Source: Candidatus Sutterella merdavium (GTDB taxonomy: Bacteria > Pseudomonadota > Gammaproteobacteria > Burkholderiales > Burkholderiaceae_F). Taken from it: DNA of 64,000 nucleotides. Numbering within the stretch: the stretch's first letter is position 1; the number at the start of each line of letters is the position of its first letter. The DNA lies in NCBI GenBank assembly GCA_019120415.1, contig DWVF01000060.1:18978-82977 (forward strand), read 5' to 3'. Shown piece by piece: positions 53,997-64,000 of the stretch. Made by a program: the position numbers and the translations under genes. The notes under the pieces were generated by a model. The model was not told the origin of the DNA and made no database searches. It worked only from the letters and a program-made list of their open reading frames with translations.

Positions 53997-56165
53997 ATGG
54001 CTTCTTGGAAAATCCTTCTGACGGCGGCGGGAGCGCTTCTCGCCGCCGGCGCCTCGGCGGCGGACTCGGGCTGGCTCAACGCCATCGACCGGGCGGCCGC
54101 CCCCAAGGAGGCCCCCAACGTCCGCGTCGAGCTGATCGCCCAGAACAAGGCCCTCACGCCGCAGGCGAAAAACACGCTCGCCGTCGTATTTCATCATGAA
54201 CCGGGCTGGCACACCTATTGGCGCATGCCGGGCGAAGCGGGGCTGCCGACCTCGTTCAGCTTCGTGACGCCCAACGGGTTCCAAGCGCATACGCCCTCCT
54301 TTCCGCTCCCCGAACGCTTTCTGACCTCCGGACTCGTCACCTACGGCTACGGCGGGGAGACGATCTTTCCCTTCCAGCTCGACGTACCGCGCCGCACCGC
54401 CTTCGGTTCGCGCCAGACCGTCACCGTGAACGTTTCCTTCCTTGCCTGCAAGGACGTCTGCGTTCCGGGCGAGGCGAGCGCTTCGATCCGCCTGCCCGTC
54501 GCCGTCCGTCCCGATCCCGGTCCCAACGCGGCCCGCATCCAGGCGGCCGAGCGGCTCATCCCCGAAGTCGTCGCGAACGAACACGTGACGGCGACGATCG
54601 AAGAGAACCGCCTGCGCATCGACGTGCCCGCGCAGACCGGCAAGATCGCCGAATCCCTCACCTTCTTCCCGCTCGCCGCGGACGCGATGGACATCAAGGT
54701 GGAACCCGTTTTGCGCCGCCATGAGGACGGCTCGAGCGAACTCCACCTGCGCGCCGCCGACGTCTTTGCGGGCGCGCCCCGGGAGACGCTCGACGGCCTT
54801 CTCATCGCCGACGGCGGCCCCGGAAAGGGCGGCTGGGCCGTGGAAATGTCGATTCCCGTGACGAAGGGCGTCGTCGAACCCCTTCCGGCGACCGCTGCCG
54901 CGGCCGGAAACACGGCTTCGCAAGCGGGCCTTGATTCTCCTCAGGGTCCCTCGCTCACCGCCTGGACGGCCGTCGCCTTCGCGCTTCTCGGTGGGTTGAT
55001 CCTGAACCTCATGCCCTGCGTCTTCCCGGTGCTGAGCCTCAAGCTTCTGCAGCTCGTGGAGGGCGCCAAAAAGGGAGAACCCCTCCTCGCGCACGGCTTC
55101 GTCTTCACGGGCGGCGTCCTCACGACGATGCTTCTGCTCTCGGGAACGCTTCTTGCCCTGCGGTCCGCGGGCATGGCGCTCGGCTGGGGTTTTCAGCTGC
55201 AGTCTCCCTGGGTCATCGCGCTTTTGATGCTCCTTTTCGCCGCCATCACGCTCAACCTCGCCGGCCTCTTTGAGTTCACCGCGGGGTCGTCCCTCGGGGG
55301 CGTCGCGATGGCGAAGAATCCCAAGAAGGGCCTTCGCAGCTCTTTCCTCACGGGCATGCTCGCCGTCATCGTGGCGAGTCCCTGCACGGCGCCCTTCATG
55401 GGCGCGGCGCTCGGCTTTGCCGTGACGCAGCCCGCGCTCGAGGCGCTCGCCGTCTTCCTCGCGCTCGGCTTCGGCATGGCGCTTCCCTGGCTTTTGCTCT
55501 GTCTCATTCCGGGATGGGCCGCCTGGCTTCCCAAGCCCGGTCCCTGGATGGACACCTTCCGCAAAGTCATGGCCGTTCCCATGGCGCTCGCCCTTGTGTG
55601 GCTCGCCTGGGTGCTGAGCCGTCAGGTTTCGACCGCGGGACTGCTCCTCGCCGTCGCGGGCGTCGCGGCGCTCGGCATTTCGCTCTGGCTTTTCGGCCGT
55701 CGTCAGTGGGGCAAGCCCGCGAGTCCCGTACTGATGGCCGGAACGGCGCTCATCGCCGTCGCCTCCGTCTTCGTCATCGGATCGGGCGTCGTGAGCGAAG
55801 CCGCCCAACGCGAAACTTCGGGCCGTTGGGCCCCGTGGAGCGACGAAGCGGTTGAAACGGCGCTCGCTTCGGGCCGCCCTGTCTTCGTCGACTTTACGGC
55901 CGCCTGGTGCGTCACCTGTCAGGCCAACAAGGTGGCGGTCCTCAATACGGACGCCGTAACGAAGGCGCTCGACGAAGGAAACTTCGTCACGCTCGAAGGC
56001 GACTGGACGAACCGTGACGAACGCATCTCGGAAGTGCTCGCCCGCTACGGCCGCACGGGCGTGCCGCTCTACCTCGTCTACTCTCCCTCGGGAGAGGTGA
56101 CGGTCCTTCCCGAACTGCTCACGGGAGACACCGTCGTCGAGGCGCTCCGCAAGGCGGCGCAGTAA
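53997..56165 (+). CDS. DsbD-family thiol:disulfide interchange protein
   Basis: Signal peptide, GWHTYW...CKDVC domain, TM domain NLMPCVFP / SPCTAPF, thioredoxin FTAAWCVTC. Confidence 0.9.
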   Translation: MASWKILLTAAGALLAAGASAADSGWLNAIDRAAAPKEAPNVRVELIAQNKALTPQAKNTLAVVFHHEPGWHTYWRMPGEAGLPTSFSFVTPNGFQAHTPSFPLPERFLTSGLVTYGYGGETIFPFQLDVPRRTAFGSRQTVTVNVSFLACKDVCVPGEASASIRLPVAVRPDPGPNAARIQAAERLIPEVVANEHVTATIEENRLRIDVPAQTGKIAESLTFFPLAADAMDIKVEPVLRRHEDGSSELHLRAADVFAGAPRETLDGLLIADGGPGKGGWAVEMSIPVTKGVVEPLPATAAAAGNTASQAGLDSPQGPSLTAWTAVAFALLGGLILNLMPCVFPVLSLKLLQLVEGAKKGEPLLAHGFVFTGGVLTTMLLLSGTLLALRSAGMALGWGFQLQSPWVIALLMLLFAAITLNLAGLFEFTAGSSLGGVAMAKNPKKGLRSSFLTGMLAVIVASPCTAPFMGAALGFAVTQPALEALAVFLALGFGMALPWLLLCLIPGWAAWLPKPGPWMDTFRKVMAVPMALALVWLAWVLSRQVSTAGLLLAVAGVAALGISLWLFGRRQWGKPASPVLMAGTALIAVASVFVIGSGVVSEAAQRETSGRWAPWSDEAVETALASGRPVFVDFTAAWCVTCQANKVAVLNTDAVTKALDEGNFVTLEGDWTNRDERISEVLARYGRTGVPLYLVYSPSGEVTVLPELLTGDTVVEALRKAAQ

Positions 56166-56182
56166 TCCCACTCCGATACGCC

Positions 56183-56212
56183 AACGGGCGGCCCGTCAGG
56201 GACCGCCCGTTT
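56183..56212. terminator. Terminator between the convergent dsbD-like gene and dacB
   Basis: AACGGGCGG...CCGCCCGTTT. Confidence 0.7.
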
Positions 56213-56237
56213 CGTTTGGTGCGCAAGGCCAAGAGCT

Positions 56238-57800
56238 TCAGTGCTCGTACGCCCAGAGAATCACGTTGTCGAGAAACGCCTGCGCGCCCGGAAGACTTTC
56301 CTTTCCGTTCACGCCCGCATAGAGGGCGTAGCGCTTGCCGCTCTTAGCGTGCACGTAGCCCGCGATGCTTCGCACGTCGCGCAGAAGGCCCGTTTTCATC
56401 CGGCCCCAGGAAACGGCCACCTTGCGCCTCGCCATCGTGCCGTCTTCCCCCGTGATGGGTAGCGACGCCATGAATTCGGGCGCGTAGGGTCCCTGCGCCC
56501 CCGCCGCCAGCACCTCGGCCATGAGGCGCGCCGTCACGCGCGTCTCGCGCGAGAGGCCCGAGCCGTTTTCCATGTAGAAGTGCCGCGCGTCGATGCCCCG
56601 GTCCCGCAGCCACGCCGAAATGACCGCTCGGGCGTCGTCGAGCCGAACGGCACGGTGATGTTTTCCTTCCTCGACTTCGATCTTTTGGTCCAGCGCTTCT
56701 TTTTCCACTGCGGCGTAGCCGAGCGTGAGAAAGAGGTGCCGCGCCATCGGGTTGTTGGACCACTTGTTGACGAGCCGCACGACTTCGCCCGCGTCGGGCG
56801 AAACGTGCGTGAGAAGGCGCCGCGCGTTTTCAGGAACCGCGCCCTCCCTCACGCGGCCCGTCCAGGCGCCGCCCTTTTGCGTCCAAAGGCCTCGGAAGAG
56901 CCGCTCGAGGTACTCGTTCGCCTCGAATCCGATCACGTTGAAGTTCTTCGCGCCGCAGGCGGCGGGAAGCGCCCCGGTGAAGCGCACGCGCACGGTCCCG
57001 TCCTTACGCCGCTCGAGTTTGTAGCCGAGCGCCGATTTCCAGTCGCCGCAGCCGCCCTTTTTGCGAAGCGCGATCGTCTTGGGCGCCGTCACGCCGGCGA
57101 GGCGCGGGAGCATCACGATGTGCGCCACGCCCTTTTCCGGATCGGGCGTCATCTCAAAGCTCAGGTTGCGGTAGTTGACGAGCGCGGCGTCGGGCGGCAG
57201 GTTGTAGGGGCGCGAGCCCCGTCCGTCGAAGGCGTTGCGGTTCGTTTCGGGAACGTCGAAGAAGGACCGATCGACCACGACGTCCCCTTCGATGCGGCGG
57301 ATGCCCTTTTCGCGAAGGCGCGTGAGTTCGAGGTCGAAAGCCTCCAGGACGAAGTTCGGGTCGCCCCCTCCCTTGATGTAGAGGGGCGAGCGCAAAACGC
57401 CCTTGGCGTCGGGCTCCGCCTTCTCGTCGGCGTAAAAGCCCGTGTACCAGCGGTAGTGACTGCCGAGCGTTTCGAGCGCCACGAGGGTCGTGACGACCTT
57501 GGCGCTCGAGGCGGGGGCGACGGACACGTCGGCGCGGTGCAGCAGAACCGGGCGGACGCGCGTCACGTTGGAATCCTTCTCCGTGCGGCGCACGTCGTCG
57601 ACGGGCAGGACCGCGATCGTCACGTCCTTCAGATCGACCTTCCAACGCTTCGCGGCGCGGAGCAATTCGGCCGGCAGCGCGTACGCCTTCGCGCCCGCTT
57701 CGGGCGCGGGCGTTTGGCTCCACGACGGCGCCGAGCCCGCGAGGAGTGCGGCAACGAGACCGGTCAGAGCGAAGCGCAGAATCGCACGGTTCATTTCCAT
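56238..57800 (-). CDS. dacB: D-Ala-D-Ala carboxypeptidase/endopeptidase PBP4
   Basis: PASSAK (SxxK), GGGDP, KWSNN, NGSGLSR, KTG; start approximate (MEMNR). Confidence 0.9.
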   Translation of the reverse strand: MEMNRAILRFALTGLVAALLAGSAPSWSQTPAPEAGAKAYALPAELLRAAKRWKVDLKDVTIAVLPVDDVRRTEKDSNVTRVRPVLLHRADVSVAPASSAKVVTTLVALETLGSHYRWYTGFYADEKAEPDAKGVLRSPLYIKGGGDPNFVLEAFDLELTRLREKGIRRIEGDVVVDRSFFDVPETNRNAFDGRGSRPYNLPPDAALVNYRNLSFEMTPDPEKGVAHIVMLPRLAGVTAPKTIALRKKGGCGDWKSALGYKLERRKDGTVRVRFTGALPAACGAKNFNVIGFEANEYLERLFRGLWTQKGGAWTGRVREGAVPENARRLLTHVSPDAGEVVRLVNKWSNNPMARHLFLTLGYAAVEKEALDQKIEVEEGKHHRAVRLDDARAVISAWLRDRGIDARHFYMENGSGLSRETRVTARLMAEVLAAGAQGPYAPEFMASLPITGEDGTMARRKVAVSWGRMKTGLLRDVRSIAGYVHAKSGKRYALYAGVNGKESLPGAQAFLDNVILWAYEH

Positions 57801-57860
57801 GTGCGTCTCCCGAAAAAATCGGACAGCGGAAGAGCCCGATATTTTTTTTGAAGAGGCCCC

Positions 57861-57888
57861 CTTGAAATTTTCCGCCTCAGCCCCATAT
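57861..57888 (+). promoter_or_regulatory. Sigma32 (RpoH) heat-shock promoter of groESL
   Basis: CTTGAAA, 13 bp spacer, CCCCATAT; matches the RpoH consensus. Confidence 0.9.
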
Positions 57889-58000
57889 AGGCTGTACATA
57901 GTAAGGCAACCCCCGCTCTCGGGATTCGCCGCGAACACTTTGTCACAAGTCGCAGACGCTTTGCGCACGCGGCTTGTCCCTCTTGATTGGAGAAATTCAA

Positions 58001-58288
58001 ATGCAGATTCGTCCGTTGCACGACCGCGTCATCATCAAGCGCCTCGAAGCCGAAACGACCACGTCGTTCGGCATCGTGATCCCCGACTCCGCCGGGGAAA
58101 AGCCCGATCAGGGCGAAGTCGTCGCCGTCGGTCCCGGCAAGCGTGATGAAGCCGGCCGCATCGTGACCATGGACGTCAAGGTCGGCGATCGCGTGCTCTT
58201 CGGCAAGTACTCCGGCCAGACCGTCAAGGTCGACGGCCAGGAATTCCTCGTCATGCGCGAGGAAGACATCATGGGCGTTCTCGAATAA
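58001..58288 (+). CDS. groES: Co-chaperonin GroES
   Basis: [29 protein letters not shown]. Confidence 0.98.
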   Translation: MQIRPLHDRVIIKRLEAETTTSFGIVIPDSAGEKPDQGEVVAVGPGKRDEAGRIVTMDVKVGDRVLFGKYSGQTVKVDGQEFLVMREEDIMGVLE

Positions 58289-58334
58289 TCCGCCCGATTG
58301 CCACGATACGTTTTTATTGAAAGCAAAGGATTGA

Positions 58335-59978
<1,644 letters not shown>

Positions 59979-60005
59979 TCGGCCGACAGCGCTGACGCAT
60001 CCATC

Positions 60006-60040
60006 AGGGCGAAGTCCTTTCGGGGGCTTCGCCCTTTTCT
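60006..60040 (+). terminator. Terminator after groEL
   Basis: AGGGCGAAGTCCT-TTCG-GGGGCTTCGCCCT-TTTCT. Confidence 0.88.
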
Positions 60041-60192
60041 TGTGCCTCCCTAGCTCTCCGGAGAGGCATTTGCTAAGATGGGCGGACTCGACTCACCTTC
60101 CCGATCCGCAACGGGAAGGATTTCCTTTCTTCACTTTTGCTTCCGACGTCGTTCTTCCTCCCTGAAGGAGCGAAGCGACGCCCTCTCAACTC

Positions 60193-61008
60193 ATGAAATT
60201 TACGGAAAAGCTCTCCCGCCGCTGGCATGACGACAACACGCTCCTTTGCGTGGGGTTGGATCCGAATCCCTCGCGCTTCCCGAAGGAACTGCAGGGCGAC
60301 CCCGAAGCCGTGCTGAAGTTCTGCACGGGCATCGTCGACGCCACGCACGATCTCGTGTGCGCCTTCAAGCCGCAGATCGCCTACTTCGCCTCGAGCCGCG
60401 GCGGCGAAGAAGTGCTCGAAGCGGTCATCCGCCACATTCACGAGCACCATCCCGACATCCCCGTGATTCTCGACGCCAAGCGCGGCGACATCGGCTCCAC
60501 GGCCGAGCATTACGCCCGCGAAGCCTTCGAGCGCTACGACGCCGACTGCGTGACGCTCTCCCCCTTCATGGGCTTTGACACGATTCAGCCCTACCTCTCC
60601 TACGCGGACCGCGGCGCCTTCGTTCTGTGCCGCACCTCCAACAAGGGAGGCGACGACTTTCAGATGCTCGAAGTGAACGGCGAAAAGATCTACGAGCGCA
60701 TCGCCCGTCTCGCTGCGACCGAATGGAACGTCTCGGGCCAACTCGGCCTCGTCGTGGGCGCCACCTATCCGAACGAACTCGCCAACGTGCGCCGCATCGC
60801 GCCCGATCTGCCGCTCCTCGTGCCAGGCATCGGCGCCCAGGGCGGCGACATCGACGCCGCCGTGTGCGCGGGCGTGACCGCCCGCAAGGACGGCATGGTC
60901 ATCAATTCGGGCCGCGCCATCCTTTACGCGAGCGCTGAAGACGACTGGCGCGAAGCCGCCCGCAAGGCGGCGATCGCCACGCGCGACGCGATCAACGCGG
61001 CCCGCTGA
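60193..61008 (+). CDS. pyrF: Orotidine-5'-phosphate decarboxylase (type 2)
   Basis: [42 protein letters not shown]. Confidence 0.96.
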   Translation: MKFTEKLSRRWHDDNTLLCVGLDPNPSRFPKELQGDPEAVLKFCTGIVDATHDLVCAFKPQIAYFASSRGGEEVLEAVIRHIHEHHPDIPVILDAKRGDIGSTAEHYAREAFERYDADCVTLSPFMGFDTIQPYLSYADRGAFVLCRTSNKGGDDFQMLEVNGEKIYERIARLAATEWNVSGQLGLVVGATYPNELANVRRIAPDLPLLVPGIGAQGGDIDAAVCAGVTARKDGMVINSGRAILYASAEDDWREAARKAAIATRDAINAAR

Positions 61009-61030
61009 TTTTTCGCGGTTCCCTCATGCG

Positions 61031-61065
61031 AACGGCCCGCGACCTTTTCGGTCGGCGGGCCGTTT
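61031..61065. terminator. Terminator between pyrF and the convergent gene
   Basis: AACGGCCCGC...GCGGGCCGTTT. Confidence 0.75.
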
Positions 61066-61112
61066 GTGCATTCTGAAGGCGGCATGCCCGAACCTCAGGT
61101 TCGGGCCCTTCG

Positions 61113-62330
61113 TCAGAAGATTCTCTTGCCGTTCACCGACACCTTTTCTTCGTCGATGACGATCTGCGCGGAAAGCCTTCCGTCCTCGGTCTTCTTCAGA
61201 TAGCCTTCGCCCGCGAGAGCTTCGGCCTCGGCGCCCAAGACGGTCCTGAGGAGCGTTTCATCGCACAGAAGCGAGAAGGCGCCGAGCTGCATCGGAGCGT
61301 TTTCGTCCGTCTTCACCGCGGCGAGACGTCCGGCAAAGGAGGCGCCGCCCACATTCGTCTCCCAGCGGCTTTCGTCCACGTCCACCGTGAAGCCGCCCCG
61401 CACGAAGGCGTCCTGCAGCACGGCCACGGCTTCGAGAGGATCGGCGCCGCCGAAGTCTCCCTGCACGGCGAGCGCCATGAGGTAGTCAAAGACGCGCGCG
61501 GGCATCTTGTCGGCGTGCGTGCGGAGCGCGAAGCGCTTCGTTTCGATGGGGAGATAGGCCGAGGAGACGTTTTCCATCTCCCACTCGAAGGCCTGTCCGT
61601 ACGTGACGTTCACCGTGTCGAGAACACCTCCCGTCTTGCCGTCCTTGCGCTCGGGCGTCTCAGCCTTGGTCGTGCTCGAGAGGGTGCGCACCCGACCGAC
61701 GCGCCATTCGTCGCCGTAGCGAAGCGATTCGATCTCGGTCGCAAGTCGCCCCACATAGGGGTCGTCCGTCCAACCGTCGTAGGTGAGCGTCACGGGACCC
61801 GCCTCAAAGACGAAGTTCGCGGCGGGCATGGTGCAGCGAAGCGGCGCCCCCTTGAGACGCGCGACCGAGCGGTCGAGGTCGATCGAGAGGTTGTAGTCCG
61901 CCGTCTCGCAGAGAAGATCCGCTTCGGTCGCCTTGAGGTTTCGCATCCGCAGCTCTAGATCCTTCTCGCGCCCGAAGGGCGAGAAGCCCACCGTCAGTTC
62001 GTCGTCCACCTCGAGTCCCGCCGCGCGCTTGTCCTCTTCCGAGAGGACGAGACGAAGACGGGGCGAAAGACCCAGGGAAGCCTCGCCCGACCAGGTCACC
62101 ACCGCGGGAATGTCCGTCCCCGCCCCCTTTGCCCGGACCTCCACGAGGACGCCGCGGTGCAGAAAATCAAGCTTCTGCGTCGAAACCTTCGCTTCGAAGA
62201 CGTCTCCGGGCAGGGGGATCGTCTTTCCGTGAAAGGCGTCCACTTCGGAGCCCTGCCAGGCGGCCAGACCGCCGAAGCCCGCCGCGGCGAGCACGGCGAC
62301 GCCGATCGCCCCCGCAATCCCCTTATGCAT
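61113..62330 (-). CDS. Exported/membrane-anchored hypothetical protein, possibly YdgA/DUF945-like
   Basis: N-terminal anchor ending AWQG, beta-rich body, C-terminal GYLKK...VSVNGKRI reminiscent of YdgA. Confidence 0.5.
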   Translation of the reverse strand: MHKGIAGAIGVAVLAAAGFGGLAAWQGSEVDAFHGKTIPLPGDVFEAKVSTQKLDFLHRGVLVEVRAKGAGTDIPAVVTWSGEASLGLSPRLRLVLSEEDKRAAGLEVDDELTVGFSPFGREKDLELRMRNLKATEADLLCETADYNLSIDLDRSVARLKGAPLRCTMPAANFVFEAGPVTLTYDGWTDDPYVGRLATEIESLRYGDEWRVGRVRTLSSTTKAETPERKDGKTGGVLDTVNVTYGQAFEWEMENVSSAYLPIETKRFALRTHADKMPARVFDYLMALAVQGDFGGADPLEAVAVLQDAFVRGGFTVDVDESRWETNVGGASFAGRLAAVKTDENAPMQLGAFSLLCDETLLRTVLGAEAEALAGEGYLKKTEDGRLSAQIVIDEEKVSVNGKRIF

Positions 62331-63642
62331 TCTTTTCCTCCGTCTGCGGCTTCTTCACGGGCGTGACGATCACCTTGTCGATGCGTCGGCCGTCCATGTC
62401 CACGATTTCAAAGCGCCAGTTGTCCCACTCGACGACGTCGCCCTCGCGCGGCAGACGCCCGAGGAGCAGCATGAGCATCCCCGCGAGCGTGCTGTAGCGG
62501 TTTTCCTCTTCCTGCGGAACGTGCTTCAGAAGAAGCGCGTCCTTCATTTCCGGAATCGGAATGATGCCGTCGAGGAGGAAGGAGCCGTCTTCGCGGGCCT
62601 TGGCCCACTCGTCTCCGGGCTGTTCGGGCTTGAATTCCCCGGCGATCGCTTCGAGCAGGTCGCGCGGCGTCACGAGCCCCTGAATGTCGCCGTACTCGTC
62701 GACGACGAGCGCCATCTGGGTGTCGTTCTTGCGGAAGTTTTCCAGAAGCTCCATCCCCGTAAGGGATTCGGGCACGTAGACGACGGGGGCGAGATTGCCG
62801 CGGAAGTCCGGGTGCCCCTTTTCCATCATCTGCTGCAAAAGCGTGCGGGTCGAACAGATGCCCTTCACCTGATCGAGGCTTCCTTCGCACACGGGGAGGC
62901 GCGAGCGCTTGCTCGTGCGGATTTTTTCCATGTTGAGCGCTTCGTCCTCCTCGAGGTCGATCCATTCGATCTCGGAGCGCGGAATCATGAGGGAGGTCAC
63001 CTGACGATCGTCCAGACGGAAGACGTTGCGGACCATTTCGCGCTCGACCTTTTCGATCACGCCCGAGGCCTCGCCTTCGTTGATGAGGGCGTGAATTTCC
63101 TCTTCCGTCACGGCGGCTTCGCCCGAATTGTTGCCGCCGATGCGCTTCAGGATGGCTTCGGTCGAAACGCTGAGCAGACGCACGAAGGGAGCCGCCACGC
63201 GCGAGAGCGTGTGAATGGGTTCGGCGACGCGGCAGGCGAGCCGTTCGGGCGCGAGCTGTCCGAGGCGCTTGGGAACGAGTTCACCCAAAACGATCGAGAA
63301 ATACGTCACGAGCACGACGACGAGGACGATGCCGGCAACGCCCGCCGTTTCCTTGGCGACGCCGAGCTCCATGAGCCAGCCCGCCACGGGCTTCGCGAGC
63401 GCGGATTCGCCGACGATGCCCGAGAGAATGCCGATCGAAGTGATGCCGACCTGAATCGTCGAAAGCGCGCGCGTGGGTTCCTCATTGAGTTCGCGCGCCC
63501 GGGACGCCCCCGAAACGCCGTCCTCCTCCATGGCGCTCAGACGCGCCTTGCGGCTCGTCACGAGCGCGATCTCCGAGAGCGCGAAGACGCCGTTGAGCAG
63601 GATGAGGGCGAGAAGAAGGAGAAGATCTAGAGAACTGGACAT
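62323..63642 (-). CDS. HlyC/CorC (CNNM-CBS-CorC) family transporter
   Basis: NGVFALSEIA, STIQVGIT, GELVPK, CBS pair (SRLPV, VVDEYG), EIVDMDGRRIDKV. Confidence 0.92.
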   Translation of the reverse strand: MSSSLDLLLLLALILLNGVFALSEIALVTSRKARLSAMEEDGVSGASRARELNEEPTRALSTIQVGITSIGILSGIVGESALAKPVAGWLMELGVAKETAGVAGIVLVVVLVTYFSIVLGELVPKRLGQLAPERLACRVAEPIHTLSRVAAPFVRLLSVSTEAILKRIGGNNSGEAAVTEEEIHALINEGEASGVIEKVEREMVRNVFRLDDRQVTSLMIPRSEIEWIDLEEDEALNMEKIRTSKRSRLPVCEGSLDQVKGICSTRTLLQQMMEKGHPDFRGNLAPVVYVPESLTGMELLENFRKNDTQMALVVDEYGDIQGLVTPRDLLEAIAGEFKPEQPGDEWAKAREDGSFLLDGIIPIPEMKDALLLKHVPQEEENRYSTLAGMLMLLLGRLPREGDVVEWDNWRFEIVDMDGRRIDKVIVTPVKKPQTEEKNA

Positions 63643-63657
63643 ACGAAAAAGCAAGAA

Positions 63658-64000
63658 TCAACGCGAATGGAATTCGCAGAACATGGACGCGGGATTTTCC
63701 CCGTCGAGAAGCACGGAGAGTCCCTGCAGGGCCACCTGCACGGCGCCCTCGGTCACGTCCTCCCGGGAGCCCGGCACGCGGATGCGGCGCGACACCGTCA
63801 CGATGTGGCCCGCCCGACGGTCGGCCCAGGCGATGCAGACCGTTCCGACGGGCGTGTCGTCGGTTCCGCCCGAAGGCCCCGCCACTCCCGTCGTCGCGAC
63901 GGCGTGACTCGCCGTGGGCGTGCGCGCGAGCGCCCCGCGCGCCATGGCCTCGGCGACGGCTTCGCTCACCACGCCTTCCGAGGCGATCAACTCTTCGGGC
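63658..64000 (-). CDS. CinA/PncC family NMN deamidase (3' part; start outside window)
   Basis: GVVSEAVAEAMARGA, TTGVAGPSGGT...PVGTVCIAWA. Confidence 0.88.
   Translation of the reverse strand, partial: PEELIASEGVVSEAVAEAMARGALARTPTASHAVATTGVAGPSGGTDDTPVGTVCIAWADRRAGHIVTVSRRIRVPGSREDVTEGAVQVALQGLSVLLDGENPASMFCEFHSR

Overview
High-GC core chromosome of a betaproteobacterium, most likely Burkholderiales; Sutterellaceae is my inference from gene order and protein style, not a database result. It holds about 60 mostly housekeeping CDS: ampD, ffh-ruvCAB, ybgC-tolQRA, proS, proB, obgE, rpmA, rplU, ispB, coaE-zapD-yacG, pstSCAB-phoU-phoBR with a four-repeat Pho box, secA, the dcw cluster (mraZ to lpxC), an ADP-forming acyl-CoA synthetase, hemL, a DsbD-family protein, dacB, sigma32-driven groESL and pyrF. 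It also carries tRNA-Pro(CGG) and RNase P RNA. I saw no phage, IS, integrase or CRISPR. The most unusual object is a single ORF (51358-52527) that appears to fuse a catalytically intact PagP lipid A acyltransferase barrel to a second 8-stranded outer-membrane barrel. Other oddities are an ArgJ-like protein lacking its catalytic motif, an orphan N-terminal half of a DppC-type permease, an extended DciA, an apparently mosaic pst operon, and terminator-like hairpins in the leaders of proS, yacG, secA and pyrF. All family calls come from recognising motifs by eye; no searches were run. Several start codons were adjusted from the ORF track.
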